Origin: Caldivirga maquilingensis IC-167
GTDB lineage: Archaea > Thermoproteota > Thermoprotei > Thermoproteales > Thermocladiaceae
DNA length: 32,000 nt
Direction: 5' to 3'
NCBI RefSeq assembly: GCF_000018305.1
Contig: NC_009954.1
Span: 1,470,001 to 1,502,000 of the forward strand
Of this stretch, positions 17,090 to 25,938 are shown in pieces. The notes under the pieces are model-generated. The model had not been told where the DNA came from and made no database searches. It saw only the letters and a program-made list of their open reading frames with translations. The first letter of the stretch is position 1. The number at the start of each line of letters is the position of its first letter. The translations under genes were made by a program, and so were the position numbers.

Positions 17090-19465
17090 ATGAGTAGGTC
17101 AATAATTCCTTACGTACTGGCCTCAATAGCAGTAGCCGCCTTAATCACAGTAATCCTTGGGGGTCATATCGCCTATGCAGCTTCGTCTCCTCAAATAATA
17201 GTGGCTGCACCAACAACAGTCATTTATGCTCCAGGTACTCCAGTGTATAATCCGTATGCCCCAAGTAACCTGGTTAGTTCAGCAGAGACTTATCTGCCTC
17301 TAGCCATTTATGACCCATTTACTGGTCAATTCTATCCTGTTTTGGCTGAGAATTGGACTGTTCAAGTTCTTCCTAATGGTTCAAGTATATTAACGATTTA
17401 CCTTAGGCCTGGCTTATACTGGTATAATGGCTCAGCTACAATGCCCTTCACCGCATGGGACGTTTACGCATACTTCTACATTGGTATTAAGGCCTTTGAC
17501 TGGTATACACCGTGGATTAACTTAACTTACGTGGATAGTGATATTAGGGTTTTAAACAATTATACTATTCAATTCCTATTCCAGAAGTGGACACCAATGA
17601 TACCGTACTGGATGCTTCCAAGCTGGATAAGCACACCATACCCGGCATGGAAACCAATAGTGGATAAACTCAAGACAATGAATTACACGCAGGCAGCTAA
17701 ATACTCAACAAATATTACTGAGTTCGTTGCACCGTACTGGGGCCTTAACCCATACTACTTATCCTACATAAGCACAACTTACTTCGACTACACCCTAGAG
17801 CCATCAAGCATACTTAATGCCTGGCTTCAAGTATTCCCAGTGAACAGCTTCTTCCTCTACAACCCAACAGCCATAGAGTGGTATGTTGGTGGTAATACTC
17901 AGGCATTCACCGCCTTCCTCGCTGGTAAGGCTAACTGGGGCTTCGTCGGCTTATCACTACAGCAGGTAGCTACGCTTAATAAGAGTAGTACCGTTGGTGT
18001 TTACCTGAGTCCAGACTTCTCCGCATTCGGCATAACCATTAATCCTCAGTATGGTTGGCCTTATAATGACCCAATATTCAGGGAGGCATTATGCTATGTT
18101 TTTAATAGGACATCTGTGGTGGCGGCATGGGGATTTTTCAATCCAGACTACTACCCAGCACCAGTGTTACCATCCACAGTCGATTCATATCCATCAAGCT
18201 TCAGTGATGTCCTAATACCATGCTCCTACAACCCAAGTAAGGCTACTCAAATGCTTGAGAGTATTGGTTTGAAGAAGATCGGTAATTACTGGAGCTTCCC
18301 GAATGGTACTCCAATAACGCTTTATGTTTATGGGCCTAGTGGTTGGCAGGATTGGATGACAATGGCTGGTGAGGCTGTTGAGCAATTATCAGCATTCGGC
18401 TTTAAGGCAAGTCTAATAGGGCAGGATACTGGTGTATACTGGGGCACCACTATACCGCAAAGCATGTACCAAGCCGCAATAAGCTGGAAGACTTACGTTA
18501 AGAATTTAATCAGTGCTTGGACATTCCTTAATTGGCCATGGTGGGTGTTCGGTACCGCGATACAGCCATACACTAACCATAGCGTGTTCCCATTCGCTTG
18601 GCCTAATGGAACATGCACGCCAGTCACTGCACCAGCATCATTGAATCTACCCAATAGCACAGTAGTATGGTGTGTTAATTCAACATCCGGCTACATTAAC
18701 TTAACCAACTGGCAAGTATTCTTCGGTGCAAGTGCGCCAGGTAGTGAACCATATGATTTAGCGGTTAAGACTTTGTTCGCATGGTACGACTACTACGTGC
18801 CAGTGATACCGCTTGGCGAGAAGATTGAGCCCCTTGAGTATGCTAAGAGTCTAATAGACCCAATGTGGCTTTATAATTGTCTACCATTCTATACCCGTGA
18901 GACTCTAATCTATGAGAATGATTTACCTGGTATGACATTTGGATGGCCTGTTAATGTAATTGGTGGTTTATTCTTCGGAGCATGGGCACCACCAGGTCAA
19001 GTACCACCGTTAGCTCAAGTCATTGTTAATGGTTCGTTGTGGACTAAGTATCCTCAGTTTGCGGCTTTCATTGGTTTACCTAACCCAGATACATCAATAC
19101 AGGCTTGTGTAGCATCATACTTCCACACAACATACACTCCAGTAACTACAACCACTACTTCAACTACTACGACCACTACTACTACTTCAACCACCACAAC
19201 TACTACTACGCCGGTGACTACTACTTCAACGACTACTGCCACAACCACTACTACTGCTACAACAACCACTACGGCTGTTAGCACTGTTACAAGCACAGTA
19301 ACCAGTACAGCCGTAAGCACTGTAACATCAACAGCAACCACTACGGCAGTATCCACAGTAACCGTGACTAAACCAGTAATATCAACAGCACTAATAGCAG
19401 GAATAGTAATAATAGTAATCGTAATAGCAGTAGTGGCTGCTGTAATAGCATTAAGAAGAAGATAA
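17090..19465 (+). CDS. ABC transporter substrate-binding protein, family 5 (oligopeptide/dipeptide-class, often sugar-binding in Crenarchaeota) with Thr-rich linker and C-terminal TM anchor
   Basis: About 791 aa (the track starts at TTG 17087; ATG 17090 is more likely). It has an N-terminal hydrophobic signal/anchor (IIPYVLASIAVAALITVILGG) and a large Trp/Tyr/Asn-rich domain with many N-x-S/T sequons. A roughly 80-aa Thr/Ser tract follows, then ALIAGIVIIVIVIAVVAAVIALRRR. No permease or ATPase genes are adjacent. Confidence 0.8.
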   Translation: MSRSIIPYVLASIAVAALITVILGGHIAYAASSPQIIVAAPTTVIYAPGTPVYNPYAPSNLVSSAETYLPLAIYDPFTGQFYPVLAENWTVQVLPNGSSILTIYLRPGLYWYNGSATMPFTAWDVYAYFYIGIKAFDWYTPWINLTYVDSDIRVLNNYTIQFLFQKWTPMIPYWMLPSWISTPYPAWKPIVDKLKTMNYTQAAKYSTNITEFVAPYWGLNPYYLSYISTTYFDYTLEPSSILNAWLQVFPVNSFFLYNPTAIEWYVGGNTQAFTAFLAGKANWGFVGLSLQQVATLNKSSTVGVYLSPDFSAFGITINPQYGWPYNDPIFREALCYVFNRTSVVAAWGFFNPDYYPAPVLPSTVDSYPSSFSDVLIPCSYNPSKATQMLESIGLKKIGNYWSFPNGTPITLYVYGPSGWQDWMTMAGEAVEQLSAFGFKASLIGQDTGVYWGTTIPQSMYQAAISWKTYVKNLISAWTFLNWPWWVFGTAIQPYTNHSVFPFAWPNGTCTPVTAPASLNLPNSTVVWCVNSTSGYINLTNWQVFFGASAPGSEPYDLAVKTLFAWYDYYVPVIPLGEKIEPLEYAKSLIDPMWLYNCLPFYTRETLIYENDLPGMTFGWPVNVIGGLFFGAWAPPGQVPPLAQVIVNGSLWTKYPQFAAFIGLPNPDTSIQACVASYFHTTYTPVTTTTTSTTTTTTTTSTTTTTTTPVTTTSTTTATTTTTATTTTTAVSTVTSTVTSTAVSTVTSTATTTAVSTVTVTKPVISTALIAGIVIIVIVIAVVAAVIALRRR
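19135..19372 (+). repeat. In-frame low-complexity ACN-codon tract (poly-Thr/Ser linker) ending in about three imperfect 24-36-nt tandem units (AVSTVTST...)
   Basis: Directly visible runs of act/acc/aca/acg codons, then gctgttagcactgttacaagc / gccgtaagcactgtaacatca / gcagtatccacagtaaccgtg. The antisense ORF 19054..19356 (poly-Val) is its shadow. Confidence 0.85.
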
Positions 19466-20108
19466 GCAAATAAAAATATTTAAATTCATTTTCTTTATTA
19501 TTTGCTTAAACTATTCCTTACGTATTCATTTAAGGTTGCCTTAGATATGTTTAATCCCTTAGCTGGATCATTAAGCTTATTTTTCCTCTAAGACTTCAAA
19601 GTAGCTCCTCCTGTAGGCTTTGAGTGGGGAATGTGTCCCCTTAACGTCTTATTGTCTAGGTCAATTTCCACTTTCCTCTCAGTACTTGGAGGTTGCATTT
19701 TCTTTACCTTAAATCACTTACGTTCTTGGTTATTATAATTCCCTTCACGTAACTATTATTGAAGGGACTAGGTGGTTCCCTTACCTTGAAGTTTGTATCC
19801 CAATCTTCCCCCTCTTCTGGAGCCTTCTCATGTTGCACCATGATTGTTAACCATTTGGGAGCCTTGAAGTACGCGAGATCTTCTTCATTCTCAAGTCCTT
19901 AAGCATGCCCTGTGCGCTCCGTGGAGTTATCTTCCCTTTCTCTTTCCTGGCTTTATTGAGCGTATTCAATGTTGTAAACTCTAGCTTCGATTTAAATTAC
20001 CTTGAGTATCTTTAAGTTGGGTAAATCTTGTGGTTGAAGGGCAGTTATATAATGTTACTCTTTTCCTTGGTTTTCCACATAGCCCTTTAACACTCCAGAG
20101 TGACCTCC
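19466..20108 (-). pseudogene. Probable decayed gene remnant(s) of unknown family between convergent genes
   Basis: No ORF of 60 aa or more on either strand across 643 bp. One minus-strand frame carries IEARVYNIEYAQ*SQEREREDNSTERTGHA*GLENEEDLAYFKAPKWLTIMVQHEKAPEEGEDWDTNFKVREPPSPFNNSYVKGIIITKNVSDLR*. A second frame carries MQPPSTERKVEIDLDNKTLRGHIPHSKPTGGATLKS*RKNKLNDPAKGLNISKATLNEYVRNSLSK*, with an in-frame TAG and an HTH-like tail. A third frame carries ...LCGKPRKRVTLYNCPSTTRFTQLKDTQGNLNRS*. Confidence 0.3.
19489..19504 (+). terminator. Oligo-T tract downstream of the SBP gene (archaeal-type terminator candidate)
   Basis: TTTTCTTTATTATTTG begins about 24 nt after the stop codon. Archaeal RNAP terminates at oligo-T stretches. 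Confidence 0.35.
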
Positions 20109-21296
20109 TTAATTCCCCTCAATGTTAAGCCTAATGCTCCTCCTATATAGTATTGAACCAATTATTGTGGTTGCAAGAACCATTATTAGTATTAAGCCGT
20201 ATTCACTTGGGTTTAGTAGACTGCTTGATAAGCCTATTGAGGCGATCACCAACCCCATTTCACCCCTAGGCACCATGCCTAGTGATGCTGTTAATGAGGC
20301 GGATGTGTTCCTTAACTTAATGTAGGCGAATGGGTAAACTCCAATAACCTTAGCTATAATTGCTATTGCTGATACTATTAGGGATTGGAGGATAGTCGTT
20401 AAGTTGGTTATTGTCTTGAAGTTCATTTGGAGGCCTATGGTTATGAAGAATATTGAACCAAATATGGCTAATAATGCGTCAATAGACGCCCTAACCCTAC
20501 CTGACTCCCTGCTTTCCGCAACCGCTACACCGGCTATGAAGGATGCTATTACTGCTGAGAAGCCTGAGGCAACCATTGAAACCACTAGTCCAAACAACAC
20601 TATTAGTGATGCGTAGACCACTAGGTATTCATTAATCCTGTTAAGTAACCTAGGTATAAGTAATATTGATGCAGTCAGGAAGATTACCCAGAGAACGGCT
20701 ATTTTAACTATACGTAGCGTAAAGCCTGCTACTGAATCAGTGCTGGGACTTGTGGGTAATGTGGAGAGCAGTATGAGTGCAACCACGTCATCCACTGAGG
20801 CAGCGGCCACAAGCACCTTGGTGCTTGGGAGTTCATGAAGCCCCTCCCTCTCAATAATGTTAGCAACAACGGCTAGGCTAGTGGGTGCTGTTGATAGGGC
20901 TATGAGTGATGCAGCCACTTGACTAAAACCAACACTAGTGCAGTACCAGTAAACAGTCATGAAGGGTAATATGGCACCGGCTACAGCAGCCATTAACCCA
21001 GGGAATCCACCCTGTTTAAGTGAGGATAATCCATGCCCAAGCCCTGAGGCGAATAGGAGGAGTATTACTGAGAACTCGGATAGAAACACCACGTAGTTGT
21101 TTATTGAGAATAAGTCAACGTGGAGTAAGGCGTTAAGTAACCCGCCTAGGGCATATGGGCTTAATGCTATACCAGTCAGTAACTCTGCCACAATACTCGG
21201 GTACTTGTACTTGGCTAGGATTAGGCTGAGGGATTCTGCAGTGGTTACTAGTATTGCGAACTCCAGTAGCGTTAAGTATATTGAACCAACCGCCAT
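20109..21296 (-). CDS. Cation:proton antiporter (CPA2 / Kef-NapA-like Na+/H+ exchanger family), no RCK domain
   Basis: 395 aa with about 11-12 TM segments. The N-terminal PSIVAELLTGIALSPYALGG resembles the exchanger-family signature. Confidence 0.8.
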   Translation of the reverse strand: MAVGSIYLTLLEFAILVTTAESLSLILAKYKYPSIVAELLTGIALSPYALGGLLNALLHVDLFSINNYVVFLSEFSVILLLFASGLGHGLSSLKQGGFPGLMAAVAGAILPFMTVYWYCTSVGFSQVAASLIALSTAPTSLAVVANIIEREGLHELPSTKVLVAAASVDDVVALILLSTLPTSPSTDSVAGFTLRIVKIAVLWVIFLTASILLIPRLLNRINEYLVVYASLIVLFGLVVSMVASGFSAVIASFIAGVAVAESRESGRVRASIDALLAIFGSIFFITIGLQMNFKTITNLTTILQSLIVSAIAIIAKVIGVYPFAYIKLRNTSASLTASLGMVPRGEMGLVIASIGLSSSLLNPSEYGLILIMVLATTIIGSILYRRSIRLNIEGN

Positions 21297-21387
21297 TACG
21301 TTAACCGGCTCTATAATATTCTTAAAAGCGTAACCCTACTTAACTTAATTGAGGAAAGCTTTAACCGTCCGCGGCCTAACCCTAATC

Positions 21388-22680
21388 ATGGCTACTGATG
21401 CGGCTGAGTTATTCAAGGAGGCTTTAAGCCTATTCCCAGGTGGGGTTAATAGTCCGGTTAGGGCAATGAAGCACCTGCCTACTCCATTAATAGTTAAGAG
21501 GGCTGAGGGTGCATTCCTCTACACTATTGATGGCGTTAAGTTAATTGACTACTGCATGGGCTTCGGCCCCCTAATCCTAGGGCATAGGCACCCCACTGTC
21601 CTTGAGGCTGTTAGGAGGAGTCTTGAGGATGGTTGGTTATACGGGGCGTTAACCAGGAATGAGGTTGAGTTAGCTAAGGAGATTAACAGTAGTATTAGGA
21701 GTGTTGAAATGATTAGGTTTGTTAACACGGGTACCGAGGCAGTGATGAATGCTGTTAGGTTGGCTAGGGGCTTCACTGGGAGGAGGTATATTGTTAAGTT
21801 TGAGGGTAATTACCACGGCGCCTTCGACTACGTCCTTGTTAAGGCCGGTAGTGGGGCGGCCACGTGGGGTGTTCCAACAAGCGCCGGTATCCTTGAGGAT
21901 GCAGTTAAATACACCCTGGTGGTTCCTTATAATGATGTTGAGGCCTTGGAGAGGGTCTTCAGGGAGCATGGTAGTGAAATAGCCCTACTCCTAGTGGAGC
22001 CCATAGCGGGTAATTACGGCTTAATAATACCGGATTTAGAATTCATTAAGGCTACAAGGGAGTTAACTGAGAGGTATGGGGCTTTACTCCTCTTCGATGA
22101 GGTTATAACAGGGTTTAGGGTTGGGTTGAATGGGGCCCAGGGCTTATTCGGCATTAAACCCGACTTAACAACACTGGGTAAGATAATCGGCGGCGGCTTC
22201 CCAATAGGTGCCTTCGGTGGTAGGAGGGATGTAATGAGCATGATTACACCCCAGGGCCCAGTCTACAATGCCGGTACATTCAATGCCCACCCAGTATCAG
22301 TAGCCGCTGGGTTAGCGACCATTAGGGTGATTAAGAGTGGTGGGGTTTATGAGGTTGCCAATGAGGCTGCGGAGAGGATTACTGAGGCAATACTTGACTC
22401 AGCTTCAAGAAGCGGCTTCGATATTGTGGTTAAGAGAATAGCGTCAATGTTTCAATTCTACTTCAAGAAGGGTGACGTGAAGACCCCTGCAGACGTTAGG
22501 GCCAGTGACGAGAAGCTTTACCTAACCTTCCACAGGGAGGCGTTGAGTAGGGGTGTTTACTTCACCCCAAGTCAATACGAGGTTAACTTCACCTCAGCGG
22601 CGCATAGTAGGGATGTGGTTGATGAAACCATTAGGGTTATTGAAGAGGTCTTCAAGGCCCTTAAAACCAAGGCTCACTAG
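21388..22680 (+). CDS. hemL: Glutamate-1-semialdehyde 2,1-aminomutase
   Basis: MATDAAELFKEALSLFPGGVNSPVRAM aligns with HemL N-termini. FDEVITGFRV and TLGKIIGGGFPIGAFGG (PLP lysine) are present. The track ORF starts at TTG 21349, 13 codons upstream. A TATA-like TTCTTAAAAG at about 21320-21329 sits 24 nt before that TTG, so the start is ambiguous. Confidence 0.9.
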   Translation: MATDAAELFKEALSLFPGGVNSPVRAMKHLPTPLIVKRAEGAFLYTIDGVKLIDYCMGFGPLILGHRHPTVLEAVRRSLEDGWLYGALTRNEVELAKEINSSIRSVEMIRFVNTGTEAVMNAVRLARGFTGRRYIVKFEGNYHGAFDYVLVKAGSGAATWGVPTSAGILEDAVKYTLVVPYNDVEALERVFREHGSEIALLLVEPIAGNYGLIIPDLEFIKATRELTERYGALLLFDEVITGFRVGLNGAQGLFGIKPDLTTLGKIIGGGFPIGAFGGRRDVMSMITPQGPVYNAGTFNAHPVSVAAGLATIRVIKSGGVYEVANEAAERITEAILDSASRSGFDIVVKRIASMFQFYFKKGDVKTPADVRASDEKLYLTFHREALSRGVYFTPSQYEVNFTSAAHSRDVVDETIRVIEEVFKALKTKAH

Positions 22681-22717
22681 TTAGAAAAACTTATTAAGCT
22701 TAATTAATGAGCACCCT

Positions 22718-24028
22718 GTGTCAACCGGTGAGGTTAAGGCAAGGTACTACACTTTAGCCTCAGTATCAACAATGCTTGCATGGGGTCTCGAGTACTATGA
22801 TATAATAGTCTTCTCAATCCTCTCCCAAATACTTGAGGGGGTCTTTAAACTCAGCCTAGTCACAGTATGGTTCGCCTTCGCCATAACCTACTTCGCAAGG
22901 CCACTGGGTGCATTAATCTTCGGTTACCTTGGGGACAAGTTCGGTAGGAGGACCACTACGGCCATTGATGCTGCATTAATGGGTGCAGCAAGCCTAGCCA
23001 TAGGCCTCCTACCCACCTACGCCCAAATAGGTGTTGCGGCGCCAATTGCCTTATACGTGATTAGGCTTATTCAGGGTATTGGGCTTGGCGGTGAGGCTGG
23101 CGGTGGGGCTACCTGGGCCCTTGAGCAGGTTAACCCCAGGTGGAAGCCTATATTAAATGGTGTAATGTATAGTGGCTTATCCTGGGCAGTCTTCCTAGCC
23201 GGCGCAATAAGCATACTTGTTGAGGGTAGTATAGGTTACACGGCCTTTGCGGCTAATGGGTGGAGGATACTATTCTACATAGGTGCAGTATTAGCCCTAG
23301 TGGCCTTCTTGATTAGGGTTTTTGGTATTGAATCCCCTGAGTGGTTGAGGGCTAGGGAATCCGGTTCATTGAAGCCTATCCCCATAGCCAGTAGGAGGGT
23401 TTGGGGGGTTAACATGCTTATACTAATTTTAATTAACCTAGGCTTAACAATATACTACTACGGTGGCTTAGGCTACTGGCCATATGTACTACCTAGGATA
23501 ATTGCCCCAAGCCTAGGGGTAAGCGCCAAGGCTGCAAGCACCTACGCCTACACGTTAACAGTCTACGGTGGTATTGGGGCGGTGATTGGTGAGGTTTTAA
23601 GCGGCTTAATTGTACTTAAAACCGGCGTTAGGGGTAGCTTCATATACCCAGCCATACTACTAGCCTTAACCGCACCACCAGCTGTTTACCTCGCCTTCAC
23701 CCTAAGCCCAAGCGCCTACTACGCATCATTATTAACGGGTATATTATTCGGCTTAGCCGCAGCCCCACAGACAATGTACTTCACCTCGCTCTTCCCAGTG
23801 GAGAGTAGGTGGTCGGCGATTTCACTGGGCTGGAACATTAACGCCGCCATTGGACCCTTTAGCTCACTGGCCTTAGCCCTACTGGTTAAGGCAACAGTGG
23901 GTTTACCCTACTCATACTTAACTGGTTCATTAATGATGATGATTGGTGCACTCCTAGTTGTGGCTGGTTCATTAATTAAGCCAAGTAACCTATACGCTAA
24001 GCCAGGTGAATACTATATACGTAAGTAG
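22718..24028 (+). CDS. MFS transporter, metabolite:H+ symporter (MHS) family; paralog of 3398..4714
   Basis: 436 aa with ARPLGALIFGYLGDKFGRR, RLIQGIGLGGEAGG and IESPEWL motifs. GTG start. Confidence 0.85.
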   Translation: MSTGEVKARYYTLASVSTMLAWGLEYYDIIVFSILSQILEGVFKLSLVTVWFAFAITYFARPLGALIFGYLGDKFGRRTTTAIDAALMGAASLAIGLLPTYAQIGVAAPIALYVIRLIQGIGLGGEAGGGATWALEQVNPRWKPILNGVMYSGLSWAVFLAGAISILVEGSIGYTAFAANGWRILFYIGAVLALVAFLIRVFGIESPEWLRARESGSLKPIPIASRRVWGVNMLILILINLGLTIYYYGGLGYWPYVLPRIIAPSLGVSAKAASTYAYTLTVYGGIGAVIGEVLSGLIVLKTGVRGSFIYPAILLALTAPPAVYLAFTLSPSAYYASLLTGILFGLAAAPQTMYFTSLFPVESRWSAISLGWNINAAIGPFSSLALALLVKATVGLPYSYLTGSLMMMIGALLVVAGSLIKPSNLYAKPGEYYIRK

Positions 24029-24169
24029 GCTTTTAAGGCTTAATTAAGCGTGTTTCCTCCTCATTAATCCCCATACCATTCCTAATTAATATATGTATTG
24101 ATGAGTTACTACACGTTGGTGGACTCAACATGAGTTAAAACTTTAAAGTTAATTAGGGTTTAACTTAAC

Positions 24170-24535
24170 GTGGGTTCTTCCAATAAGGCTAAGGTTAGAG
24201 AAGAGTATGAGAAGGCTGTGCTTGAGGTATTAAGGGGGAGTGTTAAGGCGCCTTACGACGCCTACATTAATGAGTTTATTGATCAATTAATGGTTATGGT
24301 TGAGAAGCTTAATAATTCTGATGTTGAGACTAGGAATAAGTTCAGGTATGGTTTAAGCATATTAACAAGCCCGAACAGTAAACCAAACATAATTAGGGCT
24401 AAGATAAACGCCTACTACGCATACCTAGTCTACAGGGGCTATACCTCAGCCTATAATATTCTTAAGAATAAGCTGGTGGCTGGTGGGGAAAGCCTATACA
24501 CGTGGATTAGAATGTACAGGAGCCTTAACATTTGA
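24170..24535 (+). CDS. Hypothetical small helical protein
   Basis: 121 aa with a GTG start. TATA-like CTTTAAAG lies about 25-30 nt upstream. Codon usage is host-like. I recognise no family. Confidence 0.5.
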   Translation: MGSSNKAKVREEYEKAVLEVLRGSVKAPYDAYINEFIDQLMVMVEKLNNSDVETRNKFRYGLSILTSPNSKPNIIRAKINAYYAYLVYRGYTSAYNILKNKLVAGGESLYTWIRMYRSLNI

Positions 24536-24759
24536 TTCAAGGCATGGTAACTTGATTAAGAAGTGGAGTTTAAGGGGGGAGTTAAGTTAATGCCGTTGAG
24601 TACGCCTTCGCCATAAGTAAAAGGGTAATATGGTTGATTTAACTTAAAGAATAACCGTCTTCACCCCCTCTTAAATGAGGCCTAACTCATCATCAATGTG
24701 CCTAATCCCCTTAAAGTGGATTTTAGGCTTAACATTAATTCCTTAAGAATTAGGTTACT

Positions 24760-25836
24760 TTAGTCGTATAGTTTTAACACCCTATACCAGTTGTCGCGTT
24801 CCGCTGGTTTGTATCCTAGGCTTCTAATCATGTTGATTACGTAATCCCTTGTGAATACTGGTTTACTTAACCCGGTTGCTGGTATTACTCTCTCCTCGTA
24901 TAGTGTTCCACCGAAGTCGTTTGCACCGAATTTGAGGGCTAATTGAGCAGTATCAAGACCATTAGTTAACCAACTTGATTGAATATTAGGTAACTCACCC
25001 TTAAACACAAGCCTAGCCACGGCAACCACCCTCAGTAATGTGGCTGATGTTAATGGGTAAGGAACCTTATTAGTTAACTCACTGTTACCTGGCTCGAAAT
25101 TCCACGCGGTGAAGGATAGGAATCCATGAGTCCTCCTCTGTAGGCTAATAATCCTGTATAGGTGCTCAGCCCAATGCGCCTTAGACTCCACGTGCCCGTA
25201 CATCATTGTTGCGTTACTCATTATGCCTAACCCGTGGGCAATCTCCATTACTCTCAACCAGGTTTCAGCACTAATCTTATGTGGTGCAATAATCCTCCTA
25301 ACCTCATCCACCAGAATCTCCCCGCCACCCCCAGCTAGCGTATCCATTCCAGCTGCCTTAAGCCTCTCAAGAACCTCCCTGTAACTCATTCTATGCTTCC
25401 TAGCTAGGTAATCAACCTCAATGGGGCTTAAACCGTGAATAGCCACGTGGGGTAGCTTAGCCTTAAGGGTCTTGAATAATTCCTCGTAGTACTCAATGCC
25501 TAATTCAGGATTAATACCACCCTGCACTAGAACCTGCCTAATACCGAATCTTGAATCAACCTCTGTAACAAGCTTAACGGCGTAATCCACACTCATGGTG
25601 TATGCCTCAGGGTGCCTAGGTGGCCTATAGAAGGCGCAGAAGCTGCAGGCTATTGTGCAGACGTTGGTGTAGTTCAGTATTAGATTGGGTATGAAGGTCA
25701 CCACACCATTAAACAACCTCCTAGTTAACTCCCCTGCAGCGATGCCTAGGTCCCATAGGTTTAATTCAAGAAGCTCCTCAATATCAGGGGGCTTCAACTC
25801 TTCACCACTAAGGGCCTTCTCCAATGCCTGACTCAT
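24760..25836 (-). CDS. Radical SAM enzyme of the MqnC/MqnE (CofH-like) family, futalosine menaquinone pathway
   Basis: 358 aa with NYTNVCTIACSFCAFYR (CxxxCxxC cluster), GGGGEIL and SNATMMYGHVE. I cannot separate MqnC from MqnE by eye. Confidence 0.8.
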   Translation of the reverse strand: MSQALEKALSGEELKPPDIEELLELNLWDLGIAAGELTRRLFNGVVTFIPNLILNYTNVCTIACSFCAFYRPPRHPEAYTMSVDYAVKLVTEVDSRFGIRQVLVQGGINPELGIEYYEELFKTLKAKLPHVAIHGLSPIEVDYLARKHRMSYREVLERLKAAGMDTLAGGGGEILVDEVRRIIAPHKISAETWLRVMEIAHGLGIMSNATMMYGHVESKAHWAEHLYRIISLQRRTHGFLSFTAWNFEPGNSELTNKVPYPLTSATLLRVVAVARLVFKGELPNIQSSWLTNGLDTAQLALKFGANDFGGTLYEERVIPATGLSKPVFTRDYVINMIRSLGYKPAERDNWYRVLKLYD

Positions 25837-25938
25837 TGAGGATTGGGTTAAATTAGGTTCTTTAACTTTAACTCAAGGGTTCGCTTCCTTGGGTTTATTG
25901 GGTTAAGTTTTTTAAGTTAGTCCAATGGGTAGTCAATA

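Noticed and set aside
19054-19356. 100-aa poly-Val ORF on the minus strand
   Set aside because: It is the reverse complement of the poly-Thr (ACN) linker of the binding protein and is an artefact of the repeat.
19135-19372. Tandem/low-complexity repeat as a possible CRISPR array or non-coding satellite
   Set aside because: It stays in frame within the SBP gene and encodes a Thr/Ser stalk. There are no unique spacers of regular length and no palindromic repeat units.
21549-22241. ORFs 21549..21776(-), 21670..21969(-), 21749..21982(+) and 22014..22241(-)
   Set aside because: All are embedded in or antisense to the strongly supported hemL frame.
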